Below are positions 14,240 to 31,876 of a stretch of 64,000 nt of DNA, one piece after another (position 1 is the stretch's first letter; the number at the start of each line of letters is the position of its first letter). Both the position numbers and the translations under genes were made by a program. The notes under the pieces were generated by a model. It was not told where the DNA came from and did not search any database. It worked only from the letters and a program-made list of their open reading frames with translations. The stretch lies in assembly GCF_009914755.1 (NCBI RefSeq), contig NC_060927.1. One strand, 5' to 3'. This DNA is from the human T2T-CHM13v2.0 reference genome, Homo sapiens.

Positions 14240-14440
14240 TACCTACTTTAAGCACATCATCTTTCCGAGATGTTAAGCTGTATATGGTAAGGATTATTAC
14301 TCAACATTGGTAGATGAGAAAGTTGAAGTCCAAATAGACCAGGTATATGCTCATAACTAATAAATACTTGTGGCATAGTAAGGATTCAAACCTAATAAGA
14401 TCTTGCCTCAAAATCTGTCCTATTTAGAAAATCTCATGGT
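14240..14440 (-). mobile_element. MIR fragment
   Basis: 'tagatgagaaagttgaagtcca...aggattcaaaccta'. Confidence 0.5.
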
Positions 14441-14954
14441 TTCTCCCTGTTGCGAATATCTCAATAAATATATAATAGTCACTGTAACTGATTTCATAGT
14501 GAATTAGTCTTGATTTCAATTTGATTCTAGTCCATTATTGCCTCTTGAACCTCTTAGCATAACATCTTTTATAACGATGATTCCATAATAGTCTAATCAT
14601 TTTTTATTTTCACATCTTCATGTTTAAGAATGTTTACTTGTCCTTGGTGAGATTTTTAAGGTTTTATGCAAATAAGCCCAATAAGATATGCTTCTTGGAA
14701 CTCAAAACATTTGATTTCCTAATGGTCTCCATTTTCCATATATGAACAATGAGATTGGGCTAATTAAAGTTTTTCCCATATGACTTTATTGAGAGAGTAA
14801 TGCTATTTAAAAAGAGGTGAGACACCAGCAAACATACCAAGAATGATAATAGCTACCTCCATTTCCCAGTATGGAAATATTAACTCATATTTCCATAGTG
14901 ATTCTTTCTATCCTCAGTTTCAGTATGAGTTAATATTTCCATAGTGATTCCATG

Positions 14955-15060
14955 CAATGTGGCTTATTTGAGGAGGTGGTATGAGCACCGTTTTACAGGT
15001 GAGGAAACTAAAACTCAGAAAGGTTATGTGACTTTTCAGCATCACACAGCTGGGTAAACT
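14955..15060 (-). mobile_element. MIR core fragment
   Basis: 'ttttacaggtgaggaaactaaaactcagaaaggttatgtgactt...catcacacagct'. Confidence 0.75.
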
Positions 15061-15598
15061 AATTTTGAAAATTCACACAGTAGACCAGGGAAAGCTAACA
15101 GATTATAAGAGTTTAGGGAGCTAGAAAAATCATTTTTCTTATCATGTGACTTTGATATTGTCTACTTTCTCATCTGTCAAAATCTGCTAAATTACAAAAT
15201 CTAAGCAAACATGTAAAAGTATATTACTTATGCAAGGTCCAATTTTGTCAAATATTCGTAACCAAGTAACACTCACTGGATTTCAAGTATATGTGGAATT
15301 GATGAATTATTGGTATCAGAGACTGTGATCTACGTTTGCATTTTCTTTAATCTGAAGAAAAGTATTACATTTTTACTTGATGCTGTAAGACAAAAATAAG
15401 CTGAAACATGGTATATTTGATATGCAATTATGTGTTAATAAGCCATCCTTAAAATGTAAATGTAATGTATCTATCTCAAAATGATTTACTCAATAAATAT
15501 TTATTACAGACCAACTGTATTTCAGGCACTGTGATAGACATACATGAGTAAAGCCAAGTTTTAAAATAATGATAATAGATACATGCCCTTTTAATCGC

Positions 15599-15968
15599 TG
15601 TGGCAGAGACTGGTTACCTTTCACCCAATCAGTTTCCTCTTTGTCCCAGATACACAACTAGGCTACATTTCCCAGTCTCTCTCACAGTTATTGCCAGACA
15701 TGTGACTGAATTCTGGCCAGTAGGAAGTTCTTGACAGCACTGTGCACCCCCTACTCTTCTTGCTCTTCACTTTCCCGGGGATGATCTTGGAGGCCAAGTT
15801 TTGAAGATGGCAGAGTCACAAAATGGAAAAATCCTGAGTTCCTAAAACTCTGCTTGGTCTAGAGCGGCCCATGAATCAGGAGATCCTTATGGACTTTATA
15901 TGAGCAAGAAATAAACTTCTATCTAGTAAGCTATTGAAATTCTGGGTTAGCTTTTCCTGAATTAATAG
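15599..15968 (+). mobile_element. MLT1 (H/I/J-like) solo LTR
   Basis: Begins TGT; 'ctacatttcccagtctctc...catgtgactgaattctggcca...gaagatggcagagtcacaaaatgga...gagcaagaaataaacttcta'. Confidence 0.75.
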
Positions 15969-16168
15969 AATCTCTATTAAAGCAGAAGTTGTATATAGAA
16001 GCTGATAGAATTTTCTAAACTCCTTTAGATCTGAAAAGATAAGGAAAAAGTTTCCTAAATAGGTTAAATTTGTGACATGCGCTTTCTTTATGTAACAATA
16101 TATATTAAGCTCATAAAAATGCTAGACATTGTGCTGTATGCTGGGGATAACCTTAAGAATAATACTGG

Positions 16169-16513
<345 letters not shown>

Positions 16514-16530
16514 TCATGGAACTTGCATTC

Positions 16531-20080
<3,550 letters not shown>

Positions 20081-20957
20081 TCAAGGAAGATTCTGGAGAA
20101 AGTGATATTGAAACTGAGGATAGAAAGAAACAAACAATAGAACCAGAACAGGAGGCTTTCTAGAAATGTAAAATCACGAAGTCAACATTCCATTGTAGGA
20201 AACAGCTCCAATCCATTCATCTAACTGGCCCCTGACTAAATCCAAAAACTTCATTAATAATCCTTTGTCTGTAACGTGGCACAATTGCCTTTTTCAATAA
20301 TGGCGTGTCAAACACAAGTTTCTATCCATGTATAAACACTTAAAACTAGTTTTTTTGATTAGCATAGTTTACTATTTTTAAACTCCTTAAATTTACCATG
20401 CTCAATATATTCAACTGGCTGAGACTGACAGGAAGACAAATCTGTTTAGTTATTCATTATTTACTTGACTATCATTGTAGTTAATATTCCTTAAAACATA
20501 TTTAACTCTAAAGAGACTGAATTGAACAGAACTCTGGAAGCCACTTTTTCTGTGAAGATAATAAAAGGATACTCTTAAACTTACTGTAGCTTTGTTCGGT
20601 TAATAAAACTGTTTCTACACTAATTAGAAAAACTGTAGGAGCAACTTCCCAATCTTTCCTAGAAGGATATATAGAAAGGCATCTACCACTTCTCTCTAAG
20701 GCTGATTTTAAAAGTTCATATTAGAGAACTTGACGAAGAAGAGAGTATTGGATGGGTTTTAAAAATATAAAGTTATATTAAGAAATCTCACTTAGAATCA
20801 CACAGGATGAGATTTTTAAGATATTTAAATAGATTTTCAATTTGCATATTCAATTAAAGATGCTACAAGAGCAAGCTTTTAATTTATGGATAAATGATTC
20901 TAGAATAGTCAAGTTGTTGGAGCATTTGAACATAATTTATAAATGAGGCGAAGCTCA

Positions 20958-21420
<463 letters not shown>

Positions 21421-21829
21421 AGCATCCAATTTTCCCAAGGTTTTCTGTTTTTGTTTTGTTTTAATTGTATGATCTCACTTACTGAATATTCTTCATCTTG
21501 GTTTATTTCTGACTTAAAATTTTGGAAAGAATACTGTTTGCATGTGTATTGACACTTTAATCTCATAACAATATCAAAATAGAAAAACAAAATAAAAAGG
21601 GGTTTCTGGATTTAATTAATGGGTGTGATGCCAAGGTCCAATTGAGAAAAAAGTCAATATTATAATTTTAGTAATTTACACCCATAACATTTATTTCTTT
21701 TTGCTTAATATTTTATATATAAGCAGTTGATTAGAAAAATATTATATTGGAAAGTCAATGTCACTTTTATTGCAATAATTAATTTTTTTCCTTTTAAGAG
21801 GCGACTGGCTACCTTTGGATTTTATTCGG

Positions 21830-22090
21830 AATATTTTCTCACCGGGTCTGACACTGTCTTAGTTACATGTCTTTTGTCACTAATATCACTTACATATCTC
21901 ATATAAATTAATATTCACAATAATGGCATAAATATTATCATTTTTACTTATGTTTTGCAAATCAAGAAACTAAGGCTCAGAGAGGGAAAACACATTGTCC
22001 AAAATCACACAACTGTTAATTACTGGATCTCCTATTTGAACCCTAGCATTCTGAATCAAGAGCTTAGTCTCAATTACTAGGTAATACAAC
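21830..22090 (-). mobile_element. MIR
   Basis: 'ttttgcaaatcaagaaactaaggctcagagaggg...ttgtccaaaatcacacaact...atttgaaccc'. Confidence 0.75.
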
Positions 22091-22715
22091 TCCCTGTATG
22101 GTTTCTGTTATCCCTACAGGGTCACTTATTAACTAAATAACCAGCTTGTCCTTTTTTTCCCCCTTCATTCTTTTTTTGCTTCATTCTCAGATATGTACAA
22201 ACAGATAATTTAAGTTTCCTTGGTTTTAAGGAAGCACACAATTCCAACAACCAAAAAAAAAAAAAAATCAAAGAAATCAACAAAAAACTAACCAAGAGCT
22301 AAACAGAGATAATAAACGGCACATAATGACTATAAAATGAACAAAGAATTAAAATCACCTCTGGTTATTACTGGGATAGATTAATATATAGATTTCACCC
22401 AAAAAATGCCAAGAAGAATAAAATAGAAACAGCTAACAAGAAAAGTCTTGGAATTTAAAAATATGATTAAAAAATATAGATTGGAATGTAAAAATAATAT
22501 AGATTGAAGAAATTTCCTAAGAAGTAGAACAAAAGACAAATGTAAAATGAAAAATGAAAAATAGAGGATTGGACCAGAAAATGAAATACCATATCTGATT
22601 ACTTAGGTTTCCAGAGGGAGAATGGAATAAGCAGAGGAGGCAGAAGTAAGGAAAACAATAGAAGTGTTCAACAAGAAGATATTACAAATTGGTATGCCTA
22701 ATAACACTGAAGAAA

Positions 22716-23025
22716 GGGCAGGCAAGGTGGCTCACACCTGTAATCTCAGCACTCTGCGTGGCCAAGAGGGAAAGATTGCCAGAAGTTCATGACCACCCTG
22801 GGCAACATAGTGAGTCCTTGTCTCTAGAAATAATAAAAAAAAAAATTAGCTGGATGTGGTGGTGCAGGATGTTGACCATGGGGAAGCTATAGTCCCAGCT
22901 ACTTGCAAGGCTGAGGCAGGAGGTTCCCTTGTGCCCAGGAAGTCAAGGCTGCAGGAGCTGTGACCGCTATGATCATGCCACTGCACTCCAGCCTGGGTGC
23001 ACTCTGCCTCTATAAACAAACAAAC
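22716..23025 (+). mobile_element. AluJ, diverged, with a ~20-nt internal insertion
   Basis: 'gcccaggaagtcaaggctgcag...atgatcatgccactgcactccagcctggg'; non-Alu 'ggatgttgaccatggggaag' near 22867-22886. Confidence 0.85.
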
Positions 23026-23609
23026 ATACTGAATGAATAAAGACTTTTGCTTGAACACATTGTTATTGTGAACTTTCAAATAAGATGAGATTCCCATCAA
23101 CAGCACTATGTGCTTGTAAAAGTTACTAGGTCCACTACTTCAAAATATCAAGAGGATATTATTATCAAACTTAAATTCTATACCTAACCAACTGTCATTC
23201 AAATGTGAAGACAAAAAAAGATATTTCCAGTATGCAAGGACTCAAAGTACATTACAGACACTTTTTTTCGTGGAAGTTTTGGTAGATGTGTTTCAGTAAG
23301 ATGAAAGGTTAACTCAAGAACCAGGAAGCTTTGAAATCCAGAAAGCACAGAAAAGCAACAAGGGGGATTTTCATGAAGAAAGCTGTAACCCTGCTCAAAA
23401 GTAATCAAGATTATAGTAGAAGCATAAAGGCTTCCAAGACAAAGGCCCCTGCGAAAAAGGAGAATAAATAGTAAGACGGAGAACTTGGTGAACTTTGAGA
23501 ACACGATCAGGATTTGGTGGAGTGTAAAAAATGTTGAATAACTTTGAACTTCACTCTATTTAAGTCATTTAAACTTTAGGACATTAAGACATTTAAAAAT
23601 TAGGACATA

Positions 23610-24230
23610 GCAATCAAGATGTCCTTCGATAGGTGTATGAGTAACTAAACTGTGGTATATCCAGATAGTGGAATATTACTCAGCACTAAGTGGAAATGAA
23701 CTACCAAGCCAGGAAAAAAACACGGAGGAAAATAAATACATATACTAAGTAAAAGAAGCCCATATTAAAAGGCTACATACTATAGGATTCCAAATGCATG
23801 ACATTGTGCAAGAGGCAAAACTATGGAGGCAGCTAAAAGATCAGTGGTTGCCATGGGCCAGAGGGAGGCAGAGATAAATAGGTGAAGCACAGAGGATTTT
23901 TAGAGCAGTGAAACTATTTTGTATGATATTAGAATGGTATACATGTGTCATTATACATTTTTTCAAACCCATAAAATCTACAGCAGCAAGCATGAACACT
24001 AATGTGTGTTGTAGTCCCTGGATGATAATGATGTGTAAATGTTCATTAATTGTCACAAATGTACCACTCTGATGTGGGATGTTGATAATAAGGAAGGCTA
24101 TGTATCTGTGGGGGTAGGGAGTATAAGAGAAATCTCTGTACCATCTGCTCAATTTTTCTTTGAATGTAAACCTGCTCTAAAAAAGAGTTTATTAAACAAG
24201 AACAATAATAAAAATGTAACCACCAACAAA
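23610..24230 (+). mobile_element. L1MC1/2-type 3' end
   Basis: 'gatcagtggttgcca...gcacagaggatttttagagcagtgaaacta...acaaatgtaccactctgatgtgggatgttgataat'; flanked on both sides by 'taggacat'. Confidence 0.85.
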
Positions 24231-24302
24231 AAATAGGACATTATGGCAACAGAGAAGGAAATGCAGTCCCAGGGTCCTAACTGGTTATGTTATGGATAAC
24301 AT

Positions 24303-24465
24303 AGGTAATCTCTTTTTTCATATGTGTTTCAAACTAAGGAAATTTAAATCGTGACTGAATTTATCTGAAACATGAATCACAGCAAACTAATTTTAGGAAG
24401 TGATACTTTATGAAGTTTTCCTTTATTTGTGGGTAAATATAGTCATATTCCTATAAAAAATGTTT
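24303..24465 (+). repeat. Dispersed local duplicate, copy A (~163 bp, ~91% identical to 25131-25291)
   Basis: Shared 'gtgactgaatttatctgaaa...aagttttcctttatttgtgggtaaatatagtcatattcctataaaaa'. Confidence 0.95.
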
Positions 24466-25130
24466 TCCTAAACAGAGTGATATGAGTAGTTTTAATGGTT
24501 TTCATCTTCTGGAATCAATAATTATGGCCAAATGCAGAACACATAACCACATCTCCGAAAGGAGTATAAAATATAAATCCAGACAACATAAACCTAAAGA
24601 CACAGATAAAAGCTGAAACATAGGTGGTAAGCAGAGGCGGGTTAGGTACTGGGCTGAGAATGCTTATGTTATATTTCAAAATGTTGAAGTGAAGGCATAC
24701 TCTGTGTAGGCTGATGGAGCACAAAATTTGAGTTTTAAGTATGTTGTTTAAAGTTCCAGGCAGGAACTAAAAAGTGATGTGTAAATAAATTGAGAAGGGA
24801 GATAGAGATAGTGTTGGAATATGTGAACTAAACTTTCAACTACCATAGCAGAAAACTTTATATGACACCTTGCGTGCACATGTAGACACAGCAATATAAG
24901 CATACAGTTTAGAGTTTTGCAGGCAACCGCAGGAAGAATCTAAAACCAAACAGCCAAAATGTTTGTATTTTATTTGAAGGAGAATATGGTAGGTGGGGAG
25001 AACTATGACGAGAGACTATTTGTTTTCATTATAAGCCCTCTGCAGTGTTGAACATTTTTAACCATATACATTCACTACTGTTAGAAGTAACAACAACAAC
25101 AACAACAAAATACCAGTAGTTCAAAAACAA

Positions 25131-25291
25131 AGGTAATATCTTTTTTATATATATTTCAAACCAAGGATATTTAAATTGTGACTGAATTTATCTGAAAGAT
25201 GATTCACAGCAAACTAATTTTAGTAAGCGACATTTTATAAAGTTTTCCTTTATTTGTGGGTAAATATAGTCATATTCCTATAAAAATGTTT
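25131..25291 (+). repeat. Dispersed local duplicate, copy B
   Basis: Aligns to 24303-24465 with ~15 differences. Confidence 0.95.
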
Positions 25292-25742
25292 CTGGTAGCA
25301 GAAACATAGGCATCCAAAACTTTCCATTTGTGACTAAATTTAATATGTTTTAAAACGCTTGCAATGTTTCTGTCTTGCCTTTGTGTTAAAGTTTTCTTTA
25401 AGGTGTGTAATTTAATTTAACATGCATGTGTTTCAGATACTGTGTACAAATGATGAAAAAGATGGCCATTTCTGTTTTCTGGGATGCACAGGCATTATAT
25501 TGTGATGTCACTACGTCAATAACAGGGTTAAAGTATTCAAAGCACTGTGTTCTGAGATATCTGGATATTGTGATAAGGCACAAAGAATGAAAGAGTAAGA
25601 GAAAGAAAAGGAATGAGGATATCTCTGTTGAATTACAACGGGATACTTGCAATTATGAATGTCTCAGTTCTTCCAATAAGAAAGGCCTGACTTAGGGGTA
25701 AAATGAAAATGAAGTGAAATAGACAGGGTAAGCATAACTTGA

Positions 25743-26131
<389 letters not shown>

Positions 26132-27123
26132 TCAAAGATGTAGCAGAAAATATACTTTCTCACAGTGATGTTTAGGCTGCAGCAAAGTATCTTGTGATGA
26201 ATAGTGAATTCAATGTGTATAATTATCCTCTGAAGGTCTCCATATCACTGACCATAACATTAAAATATATATGGCAATCACGTTACCAAACTATAGTTGT
26301 AACTATATATCTATTAACATATGCCTGACATTTGGTGGCATTTTGTCTATAGTGAAGGCGATTTCACATGGTTCTAACTAAAGTTTAATTTTCTTTAAAC
26401 TATTATTTGAAATAACATATTTTAAAACACTGTCAGTTGTAAATATATTATTATTTTCTTCAAGTTCATGTAAGTATAAGGGGAATGTAATAAGTAGCGG
26501 GACCCCAGGTAGAGGGTCATAAAACAAATCAACCCATATTTTAACTTTTGTGGAGTGATTTATTATTTAATACTTTTTAATCTTCATTGCATTTCTTTGA
26601 TAATCATATTTTCAGCATACTTTTCATAAGATTAAAAAAGTATTCATATTTAGATTTAGTAAAACCTAATTTTAAATTGATAATTTATTAGAATTTGTAA
26701 TTTATAATTTAGCAGAAATCCAGTATTTTAAAACGCTCTTATTTGAAAAGAGAAAATGCATAGAATCTTGGGATAAAAATAAATTGCATTAAACCTGTGT
26801 TAATCTAATATTTGAAGCATAAAGATCTTCAAGAGGAAAAATTCAATAGAATGTGAAAGTCAGCAAGAGAAACATAATTACACAGGATGTTGGCTATCAT
26901 TGCTTTCATTTTTTAAATTTGTCTAGTTATCTTATATTATGTTTATGTAGACCAAATATTTTATGACAAGTGCCCTTACCATTATGTTACTAATGATAGT
27001 AGTTTAAAAATGAAACTCTATGGATCTGTAATAATCCAAAGGGATTGTCTGATGTTAATTTTGAAAATTGCCTCTAAAATATAGTTACGTTCAAATATGC
27101 CAGCCAGATTATAATAGCACATA

Positions 27124-27126
<3 letters not shown>

Positions 27127-27157
<31 letters not shown>
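27127..27157. repeat. (TG)15 microsatellite
   Basis: Perfect dinucleotide run. Confidence 0.97.
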
Positions 27158-27159
<2 letters not shown>

Positions 27160-27640
27160 TGAATATCTGCCCAGAATTCATTACTTCTTCTCTATTCATT
27201 TTTACGAAAATATTTCTTGCCACACTTAGTCCCAATGTGTCTAAATCTATCCTGTCCTGACTCTTAATCCCTAGAGTTGAGCAAATAAACCATGTCTGGC
27301 CAATCAGCTATAGGGATTGTTTAAGTGCCTCAAACCAAGCCAATGTGACACATTCAAGAAGTTTTGATGTTACTAGAGTAAAAAAAAAGTGGTGTGTCAG
27401 AAAAAAAACTGATGGTTGGAAAGATAAGATGAGCCTAAATCTGTTGGTTGTACACTCTAAAAATATAGCCAAAAATTGAGTCATGAGAGAGAGGTAATCT
27501 TCGTAACATTGTTTGAGCTCCTGGACACAGCTGTGCCTGAAGCCAGTGCTTCACTAGACTTTTCATTCTACACAAGTAAATGCTCTTTTAGCTTTTGTTA
27601 ATATGAGTATGACTAGATGAATAATATATGACTCTGAGTT
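27155..27640 (+). mobile_element. MLT1 (K/L-like) LTR
   Basis: 'tctggccaatcag...ccaagccaatg...ttgtttgagctcctggacacagctgtgcctgaagccag...tagacttttca'. Confidence 0.6.
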
Positions 27641-28504
27641 TACCTGAAGGTAAGGGGAAACATAAAAATAAAGTACCAAAATATAAAAGGATATAAATGA
27701 TTTGGGTGTAATAATCACTCCATTTATGGTTAAAGATTTTGAGGCTCAGGGAGTTTAAGGTGCCATGGCAAGGGTTAGAACTTTCATACGTTTCCATGGG
27801 TTCTACCCTATTTCCCCAATAAAACATGTACCTTCCCAGCAAGAATTCCTCATTTCTATCCTACAAATATTTAGTACAATCCAGTCTTTCCCAATTTTCA
27901 CCAATATGCAAATTGAACGTACTGAAGAAATGATACTGTGCTGCCTTCGTGCTCTGAAAAGTAGAGAGGACGAAGAGAAAATTAGAAAATACAAACTCTG
28001 CTCTCATAAGAGGAATTCATATTTTGTGAGCCAAGTAGAATTTAATGGCTCTATAATTTTTTGAACAATTACCCACATTTGCTCAATTTGAATGCTAATA
28101 ATTTATCTTTCTTCCTTATAGGTTATATCATTTATCCAACCAACATTCATTCATTTATCAGAAAATGTATTGAGTACTGTCTTCTTGGGAACACGAGAGG
28201 GCATTTAATGCATTGATGGGAAAATACCACAATGAGATAGCAATAGCAAGAAGGAAAAAAAAATCACACACTTTTATAGAGGATAATAAGATCCTACATG
28301 TGGAGGATGTCTTTCTCAATAAAAAAGCCTCTGGACTATCTTCTGACACAGAGTTCTCCATGATTTCTGCTTGAGTGAGCCTAGCATAGAAAGCACATTG
28401 CCCTTCCCATAGTAGATGCACCAAATGGATATGTTGGATAATTGATGAAAATTCACCAATGGCGTCAAGTTAGATGCATCCCTGTTGGCCTGTGTAAGGG
28501 GTTC

Positions 28505-28855
28505 TATTATAGACTGAATGTTTGTGTCCCCCCAAATTCATATGTTAGAGCTGTAAGTCCGATGCGATAATATTTGGAGATAGGACCTTTGGAAGGTAAT
28601 TAGGTTTACATGCAGTCCTGCAGGTGAGGCCCCCATGATGGGATTCTTGATTTTATAAGAAGAGGAAGATAAACTAGAGCTGGTGCTGCCTCTCCGCCAT
28701 GTGAGGACACAGGGCAGCTGTCTGCAAGCCAGAGAAGGGCTCTCCCTGGTACCTTGATCACAAACTTCCCCATCTTCAGAACTGTGAGAAATAAAAGTCA
28801 GCTTTTTAAGCCACCCAGGCTATGGTATTTCATTACAGCAGCCCAAGCTTAGACA
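28505..28855 (+). mobile_element. MLT1A/MLT1A0 solo LTR
   Basis: 'gactgaatgtttgtgtccccccaaattcatatgtt...gccatgtgaggacacag...cagaactgtgagaaataaa...aagccacccag...tagaca'. Confidence 0.88.
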
Positions 28856-29964
28856 AAGTATCATTTCAAAAGCACGACCTCTACATCCCAATTACACAGG
28901 ATTACTAATAGATCCATTTTCAGTATATGATTAATTCCCTCTTTTCCAAATCTTGTGGTCATCTCTCCCTCTGGCCACTTAAAATGATCATTAGTATTTG
29001 TTAATCATGTACCAAACGTATAGAGGAAAGAGAGAATTCTAGTTGCACAGAGCTTGACACATAATCAGGGTCTTAAGAGAACATCTACTTTAGTTGTATC
29101 ATGTTCTCCCTTGGAATACATGGGGAAAAATGTCTTTAGGAAGGAAAGATCAAAGGAGTCTGTTGGTAAAATGATATTCTAACCAGCCTCTTTTGGGAAG
29201 TCAGTTTTATAGATTCCATAGATTTAGAAGATTACTATTCTAAGGGCTCTGACTTGTATTAATTTTTCAGCCCAAGCATATAATTCTGTTGCTCTTCCAA
29301 CTTGGAGCAAGCACAGAGATGAAAAAAAAAACACCAATTGATTGGTTTAAGCAGCAGGGAGTTCTCGGATTGGCTCTGCTCCCAGAGAGTAACATTGTGT
29401 GACATTAGAAACAGAAAAATAGATAATAACAGGGATTTTAGATTAAAATATAAAGCTCACAGAGATCAGGAAATATAAGGGGAAAATGTGTGTCCACTCT
29501 ATATCTTTTGCTAAAATGTCTCCTCAGTATCTATTTTGCCTGAGAACAAGGATAAGGGGCCAGAATGATGTTGCATGTAAAGCACATTAAATAATATTGT
29601 AGGTCTTTTGGGATGCGGATACTGCATGTGTTTTGCTTTCCAATTCTGCCTTGGGGATTGCTGAATTAGTCTGTCTTCTAAACAGACCCTTTTTTAAAAA
29701 AAATCCTTTATATTGAGCTGTCATCTACCTGTCATATCTTCCGCCCGTAGGTCTCATTTCAGCCTTCTGGAATCACTCAAAATATATCTAAAACACCTGC
29801 ACATGCCTGCATTTGTGCATTTCAAGACAGTTATCATTCTCACAAACATCTCAAATGTCTCCTTGGGTCATCTGCAGTAAATCATTTTCAAAATGTTAGA
29901 AAATTTTGTAGCATATTTTTTTCTGTATTGCATTTCATTCAAATCAGCAAAGCAATTTTTACTT

Positions 29965-29967
<3 letters not shown>

Positions 29968-30003
<36 letters not shown>
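29968..30003. repeat. (AC)18 microsatellite
   Basis: Perfect dinucleotide run. Confidence 0.97.
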
Positions 30004-30007
<4 letters not shown>

Positions 30008-30149
30008 TGAGGACACAAGTAAAAATGTTCCCTTTTATTCAAGATGATGATAATAATATTAACATTAGTAGCAGGATGACCAAGTGCTCTAGTTTGTATG
30101 GAACTGAGGAGGTTCTCAGGATAATGGACTTTCGGTTTTAAGGCAAGGA

Positions 30150-30266
30150 CAGTCCTAGACAAACCATCCTAGTTTGCCTGGAATTCTAGGAATTACTGGG
30201 ACATAGGATCTTCCATGCTAATGCAAAAGAAAATCTCAAGCAAACTTGGAGGAGTTAGTCTCCCTA
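30150..30266. mobile_element. MER94-like hAT MITE
   Basis: 'aaccatcctagtttgcctggaa...tgggacatagga...caaacttggaggagttagtctcccta' with degenerate TIRs. Confidence 0.6.
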
Positions 30267-30369
30267 ATTAGCAAGTGTCATTTGTTGATTGCTCACGGTG
30301 TGGCAAATGTTGTGCTGGGTTCCCTACACGTGTGCTCTGCAACCTTCTCATTAACCATAAAATGCAAGA

Positions 30370-30775
30370 ATTGAAAAATGGCTAGCCATCTGCCACTGTT
30401 CATGTGCCCAAGTCCATAGTAGAAAACTGTGGCTGGGAAGTGAATGCACAGACAAGGACTCCTTTTCCTGGCCTCCTTGCTTCTAGGTGTGATATGTGAC
30501 AATGTGACAGTGTGTCACAAACAGAATTAGAGAAGTGGCATGCACCACATCGGGGCCAAAGCTCTTAAGAATTGAGGCTACTGTCATCATTCCTTCTTTT
30601 TCCTTCCACTGGCTGGATGCAGAGACTCTGGGTGTTAGTGGAGCCACAAGATCCAAGGAGCCTGCCTGTCCACAGGATCACCTGCTGGATGGTTACATGA
30701 GAAAGAAATATAAACTATTGCATTAAGATGTTGAAATATTGAGGTTTATTTGTTACAGTTGCTAACATATTGACA
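30370..30775 (+). mobile_element. MLT1 (H-like) LTR
   Basis: 'tttcctggcctccttgc...tggagccacaagatccaaggagcctg...acatgagaaagaaatataaact...ggtttatttgttacag'. Confidence 0.7.
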
Positions 30776-31876
30776 AATTTAGCAGTTATTCACATTGTAT
30801 TAGGAAACTCTAAGTCAGAAGGGTTAAATTATGTGTCCCAGGCCAGGCACCTAATAAATAGTAGAGTCGGATACAAGCCCAATCAACCTGTGCTTTTCTC
30901 AAACCCACTATCTTACCTCTCATGGACTGAAAGTGATAAAGTCGTTTATCCACATTGTCTCAGGCCAGCTGTACTTTGAATCCCCAGATTTCTTTGACTC
31001 TAGATTCTACAAACACTTTCCATTACAAATAGAAACCACTTGAACCAAAAGTCTTCCTTAGTCTGAGATTTTGCACTTTTAAACAATGGCTTAAGAAAAT
31101 TACATAATAAACTTTAAGGCTATATCTCCACTGATCTTCATTTGTTTTAATGTACAACTTTAATAGAATGCATTGTGGTAGGAGACATGCTGGTTGCGTT
31201 CTAAGATTTCATTCTAACTGATTTCTCTACTTCCTTTACAGTTTTGTTCTGTTATTTTGTAGTTCCTTTATATATAATATGAGGATCCTATACAAATAAA
31301 TGCCATTATTTGCTACCCAGAAAGTAAAGGAAGTAATTGAACATTTCATTTCCATCAGGTACAAGAACACTAGCTAAAGGTTTAAAGCAGTTCTTCACTT
31401 GAAGGTTCTCAAACTTTTCTAAATTAACATTAAAATATATTGCAATTTTCCAAATTGTGTGTGTGTTTGTGTATGTGTGTGTGTTTGTGTGTGTCTGTTC
31501 TTGCACTGCTATAAAGAAATACCTGAGACTGGATAAGTTGTCAAGGAAAGAGGTTCAATTGCATCATGGTTCTGCAAGCTGTACAGGAAGCATGGCAGCA
31601 TCTGCTTCTGAGGAGGTCTCCAGAAGGCTCCCAATCATGGCAGAAGACAAAGGGGGAGTGAACTGGATCACATGGTGGGAGTAGGAGCAAAAGAGAGGGC
31701 AGGGAAGTGCAACACATTTTTTAACAACCAAATCTCACAGGAGAACTCAGTATTGTGAGGACAGCACCAAGGTGGATGGTGTTAAACCATGAGAAACCAT
31801 CCTCATCATCCAATCACCTCCCGCCAGGCTCCATCTCCAACACCGGGGATTATAATTTCACAGGAGGTTTGGATGC

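Larger units (their letters stand above)
22430..25125 (+). mobile_element. Very old L1M/HAL1-like element, fragmented by AluJ, L1MC and a local duplication
   Basis: A-rich ORF1-like segments ('ttgaagaaatttcctaagaagtagaacaaaagacaaa') and a 3'-end motif 'tgttttcattataagcc...tttttaaccatatacat' followed by (AAC)n. Confidence 0.45.

Noticed and set aside
25434-25563. C/D box snoRNA-like arrangement (ATGATGA 25450, CTGG 25479, TGATGT 25503, CTGA 25552)
   Set aside because: The terminal stem is mispositioned relative to box C and I recognise no rRNA/snRNA guide. Such short boxes arise by chance; a snoscan or Rfam hit would be needed.
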